Shown: in pieces, positions 27,415 to 38,864 of the stretch
How the letters are laid out: every line of letters starts with the position of its first letter
Numbering within the stretch: the first letter of the stretch is position 1
NCBI GenBank assembly: GCA_963840595.1
Contig: CAWIZQ010000001.1
Location: 15,093-79,092 of the forward strand
DNA from: an uncultured Acidimicrobiaceae bacterium
Lineage (GTDB): Bacteria; Actinomycetota; Acidimicrobiia; Acidimicrobiales; RAAP-2
Direction of reading: 5' to 3'
DNA length: 64,000 nt
Translations under genes and position numbers: made by a program
The notes under the pieces: model-generated
Databases searched by the model: none
Told to the model about the DNA's origin: nothing
What the model saw: the letters and a program-made list of their open reading frames with translations, nothing else

Positions 27415-29897
27415 TCCTCGTCGTCCTCGCTCGGCACAAGCGCGACGGCCGCCACCGAGTGGCCTTCGTCCAGGTTCATCACCCGCACGCCGGTCGCGTC
27501 GCGACCTTGGGAGGACACTTCACGAACGCTCGTGCGAATCAGCACTCCCCCGTCCGAGGCCAACAAGACATCGTCGTCAAGACGCACCATGAAGGCCGCC
27601 ACCACAAAACCTCGCGCGGCGGTCAACTTGATGGCGCGCACTCCTTGTCCGCCGCGCCCCTGACGATTGAAGCGCTCGGTCTTAACGCGCTTGCCAAAGC
27701 CCGTGTCGGTCACCACGAACAGGTCGGCGTCATCGCGTACGACATCGAGCGAAATCGCCTTGTCGTCGGCGCGCAGCTTGATGCCCCGCACGCCCGTGGC
27801 GTCGCGGCCCATCTCGCGTACTTCGCCCTCGGAGAAACGAATGGCCATTCCGCGATAGGTGAGCATCATCAGGTCGTCGTCACCGCCGGTCGGCACAACG
27901 CGAACGACCTCGTCGCCTTCGCGCAAGTTGATGGCGATCCAACCCTCGCGACGTGACTTGTCGTACTCGCTCAGAGCAGTCTTCTTCACCGTGCCGTTGG
28001 AGGTCGCAAAGACAAGGAACTTGTCGTCGGGGAAATCAGCCGTGGCGATGATGGCTTGAATCGACTCATTGGGCTGCAGGTTCAACAAGTTGACGATCGC
28101 GGTGCCCTTGGCGGTGCGGTCCTTCATCGGTATCTCGTGACCACGCAAGCGAAACACCCGTCCGCGGTTCGAAAACATCAGAAGGTACGCGTGAGTGTTG
28201 GTATGGATGATCTGATCGACGAAGTCTTCGTCGCGCAACTTCGCACCCTGCACGCCGCGTCCACCGCGGCCTTGGGTGCGAAAGGCGTCGGCCGCAACGG
28301 ACTTGACGTAGCCCGCTCGGGTCACCGTGAGAACGATCTCCTCGTCATCGATCAGATCCTCAACGCCCAGTTCGCCCGGGTCATTGACAATCTGGGTGAG
28401 GCGGGCGTCGGCGTACTTGTCGCGCACGACGGTCAGCTCGTCGCTGATGACGCCACGCAGCTTCGTGTCACTCGCCAGGATCGACTGCAGCTCGGCGATC
28501 GTCTCGCGCAGCTTGGCCATCTCGTCTTCCAATTCGGAGCGACCCAGGCGCGTGAGGCGTCCCAACGTCATGTCCAAGATGTGATTGGCCTGCTCTTCGG
28601 TGAAGTCAAAGGGGCTCCCCATGAGGGCGGCCCGCGCCGCCGCGCGGTCGTCCGACCCGCGGATCGCCGCGATGACTTGGTCCAGCATGTCGATAGCTCG
28701 TAAGAGTCCTTCGACGATGTGCGCTCGCGCTTCGGCTTTGCGCAGGCGAAACTGCGTACGCCTCGTGACGACGTCGATCTGGTGAGCCACGTAGTGGGTG
28801 AGGGCCTGGGCGAGATTGAGGGTGCGTGGCACCTCGTCAACCAGCGCGAGCATGTTGACCGCGAACGTCGTCTGCAATGACGTGTTCTTGTAGAGCTTGT
28901 TCAAGATCACGTTCGCGTTCGCATCTCGCTTGAGGCGAATGACGAGGCGGGCTTGGCGACCGGCCGAGTCGTTCTGGACGGCGGCGATGCCCTCGAGTTC
29001 GCCGTTCTTCACGAGGTCGTAGATCTTTTCTTCGATCGACTCGACCGATACCTCGTAGGGGAACTCGGTGACCACGATGCGGGTGTCGCGAGCGCTCTCT
29101 TCGATCTCGGCGACCGCGCGCAGTTTGATCGAACCGCGGCCCGTGCGATACGCGTCGAGGATCCCCTGGCGGCCCAGGATCTGGGCCTTGGTGGGAAAGT
29201 CCGGACCCTTGACGAACCTCATCAAGTCGTCGGAGGTGGCGTCGGGATTGGCGATGAGGTGCAACGTCGCGTCGATCACCTCACCGAGGTTGTGCGGAGG
29301 AATCTTGGTCGCCATACCTACGGCGATGCCCTGGGAGCCGTTCACCAACAGGTTCGGAAAACGCGAGGGCAGCACGGAGGGCTGTTGGGTCGAGTTGTCG
29401 TAGTTCGCGTAAAAGTCGACGGTCTCTTCGTCGATGGAGTCGAGCATCTCGAGGGCGAGCGGGGCGAGACGACACTCGGTGTAACGCATGGCGGCCGCAC
29501 CTTCGTCGGGACCGGTGCCCCCGAAGTTGCCGTGTCCGCTGATGAGTGGGTGGCGCATCGAGAAGTCGACCACCATACGCACCATGGCGTCGTAGATCGC
29601 GGTGTCGCCGTGAGGGTGATAGGTCCCCATGACGTCGCCCACGACCTTGGCGCACTTGGCGAAGGGTCGATCAGGTCGCAGGCCCTGGTCGAACATCGAG
29701 TAGAGGACGCGGCGATGCACGGGCTTCAGGCCATCGCGCACGTCGGGCAGCGCGCGCTGCACGATGACCGACATCGAGTACTCGAGGAATGAGCGCTCCA
29801 TCTCGAGGTTGATCTCGATGGGCTCGATGTAGCCGAGCACCACCTCATCGCTTGGCGGCGTTGTTCCTGATCCAGAGCCCTTAGTAGAACGTGGCAT
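27411..29897 (-). CDS. gyrA: DNA gyrase subunit A
   Basis: Contains DGLKPVHRRVLY and an AAMRYTE active-site Tyr context. The C-terminal beta-pinwheel repeats are present. Confidence 0.97.
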   Translation of the reverse strand: MPRSTKGSGSGTTPPSDEVVLGYIEPIEINLEMERSFLEYSMSVIVQRALPDVRDGLKPVHRRVLYSMFDQGLRPDRPFAKCAKVVGDVMGTYHPHGDTAIYDAMVRMVVDFSMRHPLISGHGNFGGTGPDEGAAAMRYTECRLAPLALEMLDSIDEETVDFYANYDNSTQQPSVLPSRFPNLLVNGSQGIAVGMATKIPPHNLGEVIDATLHLIANPDATSDDLMRFVKGPDFPTKAQILGRQGILDAYRTGRGSIKLRAVAEIEESARDTRIVVTEFPYEVSVESIEEKIYDLVKNGELEGIAAVQNDSAGRQARLVIRLKRDANANVILNKLYKNTSLQTTFAVNMLALVDEVPRTLNLAQALTHYVAHQIDVVTRRTQFRLRKAEARAHIVEGLLRAIDMLDQVIAAIRGSDDRAAARAALMGSPFDFTEEQANHILDMTLGRLTRLGRSELEDEMAKLRETIAELQSILASDTKLRGVISDELTVVRDKYADARLTQIVNDPGELGVEDLIDDEEIVLTVTRAGYVKSVAADAFRTQGRGGRGVQGAKLRDEDFVDQIIHTNTHAYLLMFSNRGRVFRLRGHEIPMKDRTAKGTAIVNLLNLQPNESIQAIIATADFPDDKFLVFATSNGTVKKTALSEYDKSRREGWIAINLREGDEVVRVVPTGGDDDLMMLTYRGMAIRFSEGEVREMGRDATGVRGIKLRADDKAISLDVVRDDADLFVVTDTGFGKRVKTERFNRQGRGGQGVRAIKLTAARGFVVAAFMVRLDDDVLLASDGGVLIRTSVREVSSQGRDATGVRVMNLDEGHSVAAVALVPSEDDED

Positions 29898-29906
29898 TGA
29901 CCCTCT

Positions 29907-31850
<1,944 letters not shown>

Positions 31851-31980
31851 TCACATCAATTTTGGGGGCGCCAGAGGCGGCGCCGTGATCAGCGATTTAA
31901 CCCTTTTATCCTACCCGACGGCGTGTCACTTTCGAACGCAATCGGAGCGCGAAAGCGCTTATTTTTCTTGGGTTTTCGCG

Positions 31981-32277
31981 CTACTTGAGAACAGTCTTGA
32001 GTGAGGTCGGCGCTCTCTCTCCCAGGGAGCAAAATCCGTCCAAAATTGTCGTCTCGCGAAGGCGAATCTGCTCCGCAAAAGCACCCGATGGAACACTCAC
32101 AATCAAGACGCGATCTTTGATCAGTTCGACTCGGCAGTGCTCGGCGAAAACCGGATCTACCACGGTCGGCCAAATCCTTCGAGCCTCGTCGATGACTCGC
32201 AGATCGACACGGCGCAGACGTCCCGCCAGCGCGTTCAGAAGCTCCCCCAGCGGCGACGGTGGCTCGTCACGAGACAT
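31981..32277 (-). CDS. dciA: DUF721/DciA-like protein
   Basis: A 98-aa ORF between recF and gyrB, the position held by Rv0004/DciA in mycobacteria. A DUF721-like pattern (VELIKDRVLIVSVPSGAFAEQIRL) is present. Confidence 0.65.
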   Translation of the reverse strand: MSRDEPPSPLGELLNALAGRLRRVDLRVIDEARRIWPTVVDPVFAEHCRVELIKDRVLIVSVPSGAFAEQIRLRETTILDGFCSLGERAPTSLKTVLK

Positions 32278-33356
32278 CAGTATGTTCCGGTGAGGTCGAT
32301 GACCGCGGCCGGACTCATCGCCTCGGGCAGGGGCGACGCCGTGGTCACCAGGGTTTGACCCTGGGGAAGAAGGGTCAGGAGCCGGGAGCTACGCACGGGA
32401 TCCAGTTCGCTAAAAACGTCATCCAATAGGAGTAACGGCTCCACGGAGCGCTCTCGGCCGATCAATTCGTGGCCGGCGAGGCGAAGTGCGAGTGCGACGG
32501 ATCGCTGTTCGCCCTGGGAAGCCTGGCGTCTCGCGTCTCGACCTTCGAGTAAAAGTTGAATGTCATCACGGTGAGGTCCCACTGTGGTGTAACCGCGGAA
32601 GCGATCGTCGTCGCTCGCGACCTCCAAGGCTGCGCCCAACTCCCCTTGCCATGAGCGTTCGTAACGAACCGCGACGACGTTGTTCGTTTGAGCCAGCTGG
32701 TGATAGAACTCCGCCACCAGTGGTTCGAGGTCGCCGAGAAGTTTCTCTCGCCGTGCTACGACCACCTCACTGATTATCCCGAAGTCGCGGGACCACTGGT
32801 CGAGCTCCCCTTGCTGGGCGCTCGAGGGTCGTGATCCCTCAAGGGATCGAAGGAGCGCGTTGCGTTGCGTCAGCACTCGGGTAAATCGCTCCATCATCTC
32901 GGCGTCGCGGGGTTCGACGTCGGTGAGGAGGGTGGTGAGGAATGCGCGCCGGTGCTCGGGTCCGCCGCGCACTACATCCACACCTTCGGGAGTAAAGACG
33001 GTGAGCGGGAGTGCCGCAGAGAGTTCCGCGCGCGAAGTCGGGCGTTGTCCATTCACCAGCATCCGCTTGGTCGTGTTACGCACGCCCCGGGCGAGCGTCA
33101 AGTCCACCTGGACGCGCCGCTCGCTCGTCACCACGACGCCGTGGACCTCGGCCAGTGACTCCCCGTTACGAATCATGTCACTCGCCACACTCGTTCGAAA
33201 GGACGACGCTGTCGCGAGGGCATAGACCGCTTCGAGGACTGATGTTTTCCCTGTTCCGTTGGGAGAAAGTAAAACTGTGGTCGCTTCCGGATCGGGTGTG
33301 AAAGAGAACTCGTGGAACAGGCGAAAGTTTCGAACCGTGAGTTCGTGGAGCCCCAC
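32277..33356 (-). CDS. recF: DNA replication and repair protein RecF
   Basis: Walker A SPNGTGKTS, signature SQGEQRSVALALRLA and Walker B LLLDDVFSELD. Confidence 0.93.
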   Translation of the reverse strand: MGLHELTVRNFRLFHEFSFTPDPEATTVLLSPNGTGKTSVLEAVYALATASSFRTSVASDMIRNGESLAEVHGVVVTSERRVQVDLTLARGVRNTTKRMLVNGQRPTSRAELSAALPLTVFTPEGVDVVRGGPEHRRAFLTTLLTDVEPRDAEMMERFTRVLTQRNALLRSLEGSRPSSAQQGELDQWSRDFGIISEVVVARREKLLGDLEPLVAEFYHQLAQTNNVVAVRYERSWQGELGAALEVASDDDRFRGYTTVGPHRDDIQLLLEGRDARRQASQGEQRSVALALRLAGHELIGRERSVEPLLLLDDVFSELDPVRSSRLLTLLPQGQTLVTTASPLPEAMSPAAVIDLTGTY

Positions 33357-33368
33357 GATGCACTCGAT

Positions 33369-34469
33369 CTACTGGACGCGCACGGGCATCAATAGATATC
33401 GGAATCGCTCATCTTCTACACCATGAACCATGGCCGCGCGCACAGAGTCGGACATCTCAAGAACCACCTCGTCACCCGTGACTGCTTCAACACCGTCGAT
33501 GAGAAATCCGGGGTTAAAGGCAATGGTGATCTCATCGCCGTTGTAGTCAGCGTCAACATTGTCTTCCACATCGCCCGCGTCGTGACTTTGCGTACGCACT
33601 TCAAGGTTTCGGTCCTTCATGGTGAGACGCACCGAGGAGGTTGAGTCTTTTGCTAGAAGCTTCGCTCGCTTGAGTGATGTGAGCAGGGTGTCTTTAGCAA
33701 TACGAAGGTGATTTGGGAAACTTGCTGGGATTAGCTGGAGGACTGACGGGTAGTTACCATCGATCAGTCGTGACGCAATCGACGTGTTGCCGACGATGAA
33801 ACAGATCTCCGCGTCACTCTTGGTAACTCCAATCTCCGCGTCGGCCGAGAGTGACGACGCGGCGCGCTGTAGCTCTTGGAGCGCTCGGGCCGGCACCAGG
33901 AGGTCTTCGGTGTCGCTAATTCCCTTCACACCAGGTACGTCGCGCACGGCAAGGCGATACGAATCGGTGGCAAAGAGTCGCAAGGTTCCGTTGTCGCTCG
34001 TGAATAACACGCCGGTGAGCAGAGGTCGTGCATCGTCGCTCGCCGCGGCTCGCACCACCTGATTCAGCCCCTGGATGAGATCGAGGGCTGCAATCGACGT
34101 CACGGCACCCGCAATCGGCGGAAGTTTTGGATAGTCACTGACCGGAAACGTACGCAGTGAGAATTTCGCGCGACCGAGCGAAATCTCAACATTGTCGACA
34201 CCACTCGAGACCGTGACAGCGCCTGGCTCCAGAGAGCGCACCGCATCAACAACTAAACGCGCCGGCACGACTGTCGAACCATCCTCAATACCGATCACAT
34301 CGACGGTTGTTCGCGCGGTGATGTCGAGGTCCGTACCGGTAACAACCAGCTCGTTGCCTTGGAGGGTGAGGAGGACACCGGACGCTGCGCCGATGAGACG
34401 TGTGGCGGCGACACGGCTCGCGGCAGTGAGCGCTTCGACAAGGATGTCGCGCTCTGCTCTGAACTTCAT
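33369..34469 (-). CDS. dnaN: DNA polymerase III beta sliding clamp
   Basis: 366 aa with the three-domain clamp pattern (MKFRAERDILVEAL...LMPVRVQ). It sits in the canonical position after dnaA. Confidence 0.95.
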   Translation of the reverse strand: MKFRAERDILVEALTAASRVAATRLIGAASGVLLTLQGNELVVTGTDLDITARTTVDVIGIEDGSTVVPARLVVDAVRSLEPGAVTVSSGVDNVEISLGRAKFSLRTFPVSDYPKLPPIAGAVTSIAALDLIQGLNQVVRAAASDDARPLLTGVLFTSDNGTLRLFATDSYRLAVRDVPGVKGISDTEDLLVPARALQELQRAASSLSADAEIGVTKSDAEICFIVGNTSIASRLIDGNYPSVLQLIPASFPNHLRIAKDTLLTSLKRAKLLAKDSTSSVRLTMKDRNLEVRTQSHDAGDVEDNVDADYNGDEITIAFNPGFLIDGVEAVTGDEVVLEMSDSVRAAMVHGVEDERFRYLLMPVRVQ

Positions 34470-34728
34470 AGAACTACCTTTCGTTGCTTCTGAGGTTACG
34501 TGTGTCTTTTTAATGTAAGAGAGTCTTGTAGTAGTAGGTCTGTGGAAATGTGTTCGTTGGTATAAGAACCCTGATAGTGAGTTAATTCAAGGAAGTCGCT
34601 CAACCCACAAGACTGTCGATAACTCTCTCAACCCTCAGGGCTCAACTCTGAGGTGATGTGGAATACCGAGTTCTTACCAATGTGTCGTCAACAACTCTGA
34701 CCAGAAGTTGCCCACAGATCTATTGTCG
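34470..34728. promoter_or_regulatory. candidate oriC (dnaA-dnaN intergenic region): AT-rich stretch plus DnaA-box-like 9-mers
   Basis: The AT-rich stretch gtgtctttttaatgtaagagag is at 34501-34522. Box-like 9-mers are tgtggaaat (34541-34549, 7 of 9 matches to the reverse complement of TTATCCACA), tgtggaata (34657-34665, 7 of 9) and ttgcccaca (34708-34716, 8 of 9 to TTGTCCACA). Confidence 0.6.
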
Positions 34729-36090
34729 CTAATTCTCTCCTTGAAGCCGGCGCTTGAGCTGATTGATTTGGGACAACATTTCGGGATCGGACGTGAGTTG
34801 CTCACGGATCTTTTCCACCCCACTGATCACCGTGGTGTGGTTTCGGCCGTCGAAGATGCGAGCAATCATGGGGTACGAATAATTGTTCAGCATGTCGCGA
34901 ATGAGATACATAGCGACGTGCCGGGCGTGAACCAGTGGTCGGAGGCGCTTGGCGCCCCTCACCTCCTCGACCGAGAGACCATAGAAGTCGGCCACAACCG
35001 ATAAGACAGTTTCCGGTTTGAGCACGACCTGCTCCGCGCCAAGGTTAGTGAGGTGAGCTTTAGCGAGCTCCAGGCTGATGGGCTCTTGTCGGAGATTCGC
35101 GAAGGCTCGCAGCATGGTGATCGAGCCCTCGAGTTCACGAATGTTGTCTCGTACTCTCTGTGCGATCCACTCGGCGACATCGTCGGGCAGCGAGATCCCT
35201 TCGCGTTCGGACTTGGAGCGCAGAATTGCGATTCGTGTCTCAAGGTCGGGTTGGTCAATTTCAGTGACGAGCCCCTGGAGCAAACGGCTGCGAAAACGAT
35301 CTTGTAGTCCTGCGAGGTCCCGCGGCGAGCGGTCCGACGTGAGTACGATCTGCTTACCCTCGCCATGGAGCGCGTTGTACGTGTGAAAGATCTCTTCGTG
35401 GAATGTCTCACCGCGCGTTTCCATGAACTGTATGTCGTCGATCAACAGCACATCGTTCTCGCGGTAGCGCTCGTGGAGCGCGAGTTGAGTCCGCGTTTGA
35501 ATGGCACGGATGAAGTCGTTCAAGAACGTTTCGGTTGACACATAGAGGACTTTGCGTCCTGGGTAGTTCTCCTGGACGAAATTGCCGATGGCGTGCAGGA
35601 GGTGGGTCTTTCCGAGCCCCGAGTTTCCGTAGATCATTAGTGGGTTATAGGCCCGACCAGGGTTTTCGGCGACCGAGACGGCCGCGGCGAAGGCCAGGCG
35701 GTTAGATGAACCCGGCACGAACGAGTCGAAGGTCATCCTCGGATCCAGACGGGTTGGTTGGTCCACACTCGGTGCATACGACAGGACCGGGGCTGCGGCT
35801 TCGATGGATTCGTGCACATCGTCCATCGCTGGTGCCCCCGTTACGTCACTCACCGTTATCGAAACCTGCACGGGACCGCCGACGAGTCGTTCAGCCTGTT
35901 CGGTAATGAAGGGCAAGTAGCGCTGCTGGACGCGTAAAAGTTGAATCTGATTGGGTGCGCCGATGACAAGCTCGTTATCGTGGTAATCCACAAGGTGAAG
36001 AGTGTTGAGTCCGGCCGCCCACACTGCCTCAGAAGCGTTACCACGTAAGGAGTCTCGAAGGGCCGACCATATTTCTTCGCCACTCTGCAC
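34729..36090 (-). CDS. dnaA: chromosomal replication initiator DnaA
   Basis: AAA+ Walker A GNSGLGKTHLL, Walker B LLIDDIQF and a domain IV HTH (IARIFDGRNHTTVISGVEKI). Start chosen at GTG 36090, which is preceded by GGAGGAAGATT. The longer ORF to 36420 would overlap rpmH. Confidence 0.93.
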   Translation of the reverse strand: MQSGEEIWSALRDSLRGNASEAVWAAGLNTLHLVDYHDNELVIGAPNQIQLLRVQQRYLPFITEQAERLVGGPVQVSITVSDVTGAPAMDDVHESIEAAAPVLSYAPSVDQPTRLDPRMTFDSFVPGSSNRLAFAAAVSVAENPGRAYNPLMIYGNSGLGKTHLLHAIGNFVQENYPGRKVLYVSTETFLNDFIRAIQTRTQLALHERYRENDVLLIDDIQFMETRGETFHEEIFHTYNALHGEGKQIVLTSDRSPRDLAGLQDRFRSRLLQGLVTEIDQPDLETRIAILRSKSEREGISLPDDVAEWIAQRVRDNIRELEGSITMLRAFANLRQEPISLELAKAHLTNLGAEQVVLKPETVLSVVADFYGLSVEEVRGAKRLRPLVHARHVAMYLIRDMLNNYSYPMIARIFDGRNHTTVISGVEKIREQLTSDPEMLSQINQLKRRLQGEN

Positions 36091-36278
36091 AATCTTCCTC
36101 CACAGACCTCTTGTGAGACTATCCACAGCCGTTTCAGCGGTGGGGAGAGTCACGTTACACCGAATCCGGCTTCCCCGCCGGGGCCGTGTGGCGGGTCGGG
36201 TAAGATTGCGGGCCTGGCGTGCCAGCGACCCCCAGGGGGTACCGCGAAGCGCAGAGCATATTTTGAGAAGAGGTTTTC
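36091..36278. promoter_or_regulatory. dnaA/rpmH divergent promoter region with DnaA boxes
   Basis: ctatccaca at 36119-36127 matches TTATCCACA in 8 of 9 positions. tcctccaca at 36096-36104 matches in 7 of 9. Confidence 0.55.
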
Positions 36279-36413
36279 GTGAAGCGTACGTATCAGCCAA
36301 ATAGGCGAAAGCGGGCCAAGACCCACGGTTTTCGCGCCCGGATGCGCACCCGCGCCGGTCGCGCGGTTCTGCGGTCCCGTCGCGCCAAGGGTCGTAGCAA
36401 GCTGACGGTCTAG
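36279..36413 (+). CDS. rpmH: 50S ribosomal protein L34
   Basis: The hand translation is [44 protein letters not shown] (GTG start). The ORF is below the length cutoff of the ORF track. Confidence 0.95.
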   Translation: MKRTYQPNRRKRAKTHGFRARMRTRAGRAVLRSRRAKGRSKLTV

Positions 36414-36418
36414 TCGCC

Positions 36419-36745
36419 ATGCCCGGCCGGGTCCGAACCCGCCGGCAGTTTGCGCTCCTTTCTGCGGCTGCGGGTCGCGGGCAGAGCGGGCCACTACGAA
36501 TCAGTTTCGTGGCGACACCGGGTGAAATGGGTGTCGACGTGGCTTATGCGATCAGCCGGAAGGTGGGAAACGCGGTGGTTCGAAATAGAACCAGACGCCG
36601 ACTCCGAATGGCCATGGACGACCTGAGGCCTCCGCCCCAACCAGGTTTATACCTGGTCAAGTGCGGAATCCAGACAGGGAACCTTTCTTATGCACAACTC
36701 CTACTCCACCTCAGCAAAGCCGTTGAGCGAGCGAACGGCGCCTAA
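36419..36745 (+). CDS. rnpA: ribonuclease P protein component
   Basis: Basic 108-aa protein with AISRKVGNAVVRNRTRRRLR, immediately after rpmH. Confidence 0.88.
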   Translation: MPGRVRTRRQFALLSAAAGRGQSGPLRISFVATPGEMGVDVAYAISRKVGNAVVRNRTRRRLRMAMDDLRPPPQPGLYLVKCGIQTGNLSYAQLLLHLSKAVERANGA

Positions 36746-36983
36746 CTCGGGTCCCACCCGAACCGTGCTCGCTGCGATTCACTTGTATCAGCGAGTCACC
36801 TCGGGGCGTGTTGCCCCCTGCCGCTTCTACCCCTCATGTTCCCAGTACGCCCTTGAAGCGGTACAAACTCACGGAGCCCTGCGCGGTAGCGCACTGGCCC
36901 TGCGGCGTCTCGCGAAGTGTCGACCCCTGGGGCCGCACGGCATTGACCTCGTTCCCGAACCTCGGACCAGGAGTTCCCACTAA
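36690..36983 (+). CDS. yidD: membrane protein insertion efficiency factor YidD
   Basis: LYQRVTSGRVAPCRFYPSCSQYALEAV motif. The true start may be GTG at 36765, which would avoid the overlap with rnpA. Confidence 0.85.
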   Translation: MHNSYSTSAKPLSERTAPNSGPTRTVLAAIHLYQRVTSGRVAPCRFYPSCSQYALEAVQTHGALRGSALALRRLAKCRPLGPHGIDLVPEPRTRSSH

Positions 36984-38008
36984 TGCACTCAGTCACCAAG
37001 TTCTTCGGGACTATCTTTCAGCCGATATTCCACGCCATTGCGTGGTTGATGGCAGCGTTCTACTCGCTGGTGCCGAACTATCTCTTCGCGATCGTGATGC
37101 TGACGATCGTCATCATGGCGGTGCTGACCCCGCTCACGGTGAAGAGCACGAGGTCGATGGTGGCGATGCAGAAGCTTCAACCTGAACTTAAGAAGCTCCA
37201 GCAGAAGTACAAGGGTCCGGAAAACCGCCAGCTCCTCAACGAGGAAATGATGAAGCTGTACCGCGAAGAGGGTGTCAACCCGTTGGGCGGCTGTCTACCG
37301 ATGCTGCTTCAGGCGCCTTTTCTATTCATTTTGTATAACGTCATCAAGGGAATGTCGTATGAGGTGAAGAATAAGGCTGGCGTGCTGGTCTCTCAACCTC
37401 GCTATCTACCTCACAACACCACCATGTACCAACACCTGATCGCTACGGGCGGCCAGGTGAAGGTGTGGGGCATGGACTTGAGCTTGAGGGTCTTTCCGAT
37501 CTCGGCCCATGGCTCCTTCGCCGCCGCCCTGCCCTTCTTCGCCTTTGTCGCGCTGGCCGTGGGGTTGCAGTACTTCCAAATGGCTCAGATTAACAATCGA
37601 AGTCGCAAATCCGGCCAAGCCATGCCCAGCCAGCAGCTCATGATGCAGCGTGTTCTACCGATTATTTTCGTGTTCTTCTACATTGCGATTCCCGCGGCCG
37701 TCGTGATCTATATGATTATTAGTACAGGAATTCGTATAATTACTCAGGACATCATGTTCCGCGCGGGCGTCTCGGACCCGACGAAAAATGGCCTGGCCGC
37801 GAGCCGCGAGAAAGTCAAAGAGGTCGAACGCGAGATCCCGGGCGCAAAGGAGATCCCGGCCGAAAGTTCGATTGTCGCGGAACCCAAAAAGCCCGCACCG
37901 AGATCGAACGGAAACCGCCCAGCATCGAGAAACCGCCCAGCATCGAAACCCGCACCGAAACCGGTGCAACCACGATCGCGGGCCAAGCGGAAAAGAAAGG
38001 CGCGTTAA
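36983..38008 (+). CDS. yidC: membrane protein insertase YidC (basic C-terminal tail)
   Basis: QPELKKLQQKYK and NPLGGCLPMLLQAPFLF motifs. ATG overlaps the yidD stop (TAATG). Confidence 0.92.
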   Translation: MHSVTKFFGTIFQPIFHAIAWLMAAFYSLVPNYLFAIVMLTIVIMAVLTPLTVKSTRSMVAMQKLQPELKKLQQKYKGPENRQLLNEEMMKLYREEGVNPLGGCLPMLLQAPFLFILYNVIKGMSYEVKNKAGVLVSQPRYLPHNTTMYQHLIATGGQVKVWGMDLSLRVFPISAHGSFAAALPFFAFVALAVGLQYFQMAQINNRSRKSGQAMPSQQLMMQRVLPIIFVFFYIAIPAAVVIYMIISTGIRIITQDIMFRAGVSDPTKNGLAASREKVKEVEREIPGAKEIPAESSIVAEPKKPAPRSNGNRPASRNRPASKPAPKPVQPRSRAKRKRKAR

Positions 38009-38011
38009 CCC

Positions 38012-38857
38012 ATGGAGTGGGTAGAAACTACTGGCAAGACCGTCGACGAGGCCACGGATCGTGCACTTGCACATCTGGGAGTTCACCGAGACGACGCGGA
38101 AGTTGAAGTGATCGAGGAGCCCAAGGTGGGCTTTCTCGGTCGAGTTAGAGGAGAAGCTCGTGTACGCGCCCGGGTCCGCCCGAGTGGTCCACGTCCCAAG
38201 CGCTCTCGTCGTTCGGGCGAGCGGCCCCGCCCAAGCGGTGGGCGTGAGGATCGGGTGCGCAGCGAAAAGAAGCCGGGAGCACCAAGACGCGAGATCGCCA
38301 AGGGAGGACCTCGGTCCACTCCGCCCGCGACGAAGTCGACAAAAGTTGAAAAGAGTTCCGTGAAGGAGGAACGTATGGCAGAAGGCATATCGCTTGCCGA
38401 GCAAGGAGCCATCGCGAAGGAGTTCCTCGAAGGACTCTTGTCGTCAATGGACGTTAAAGCTGAAGTTTCAGTTAAAGAGTTAGACGAGGAGACCGTCGAG
38501 CTGTCGGTGAATGCCAACCCACCATCGGAGTTGGGCATTCTCGTGGGACCTCGTGGCACGACGCTCCAAGCGCTCCAAGAGGTGACGCGAACAGTTGTCC
38601 AGTCTAAGAGCCCCAGCCGGACGGATCGAATCCTGGTCGACGTCGCCCAGTATCGTGAGCGCCGGGTCGCCGCCCTTGGTCGCTTCGCACAGCAGGTGGC
38701 AACTGAAGTCCTAGAGACAGGCGAAGAGCGAGCTCTAGAGCCGATGTCGGCGGCAGATCGCAAGGCCGTGCATGACGCCCTATCCGACAATGATCGGGTG
38801 GCTACGCGTTCAGAAGGTGAAGATCCTCGACGATTCGTGGTGGTTTCTCCTGCATAA
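38012..38857 (+). CDS. jag: Jag/KhpB (EloR) RNA-binding protein: Jag_N, basic linker, KH and R3H domains
   Basis: N-terminal EWVETTGKTVDEATDRALAHLGV, KH-like GILVGPRGTTLQALQ and R3H-like MSAADRKAVHDAL. Confidence 0.85.
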   Translation: MEWVETTGKTVDEATDRALAHLGVHRDDAEVEVIEEPKVGFLGRVRGEARVRARVRPSGPRPKRSRRSGERPRPSGGREDRVRSEKKPGAPRREIAKGGPRSTPPATKSTKVEKSSVKEERMAEGISLAEQGAIAKEFLEGLLSSMDVKAEVSVKELDEETVELSVNANPPSELGILVGPRGTTLQALQEVTRTVVQSKSPSRTDRILVDVAQYRERRVAALGRFAQQVATEVLETGEERALEPMSAADRKAVHDALSDNDRVATRSEGEDPRRFVVVSPA

Positions 38858-38864
38858 TGGCCTC

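Noticed and set aside
34729-36420. The full 563-aa ORF for dnaA given in the ORF track.
   Set aside because: Its first 110 or so codons overlap rpmH on the opposite strand and read as Arg/Pro-rich shadow sequence. The GTG at 36090 has a strong GGAGGA RBS and yields a typical DnaA N-terminus.
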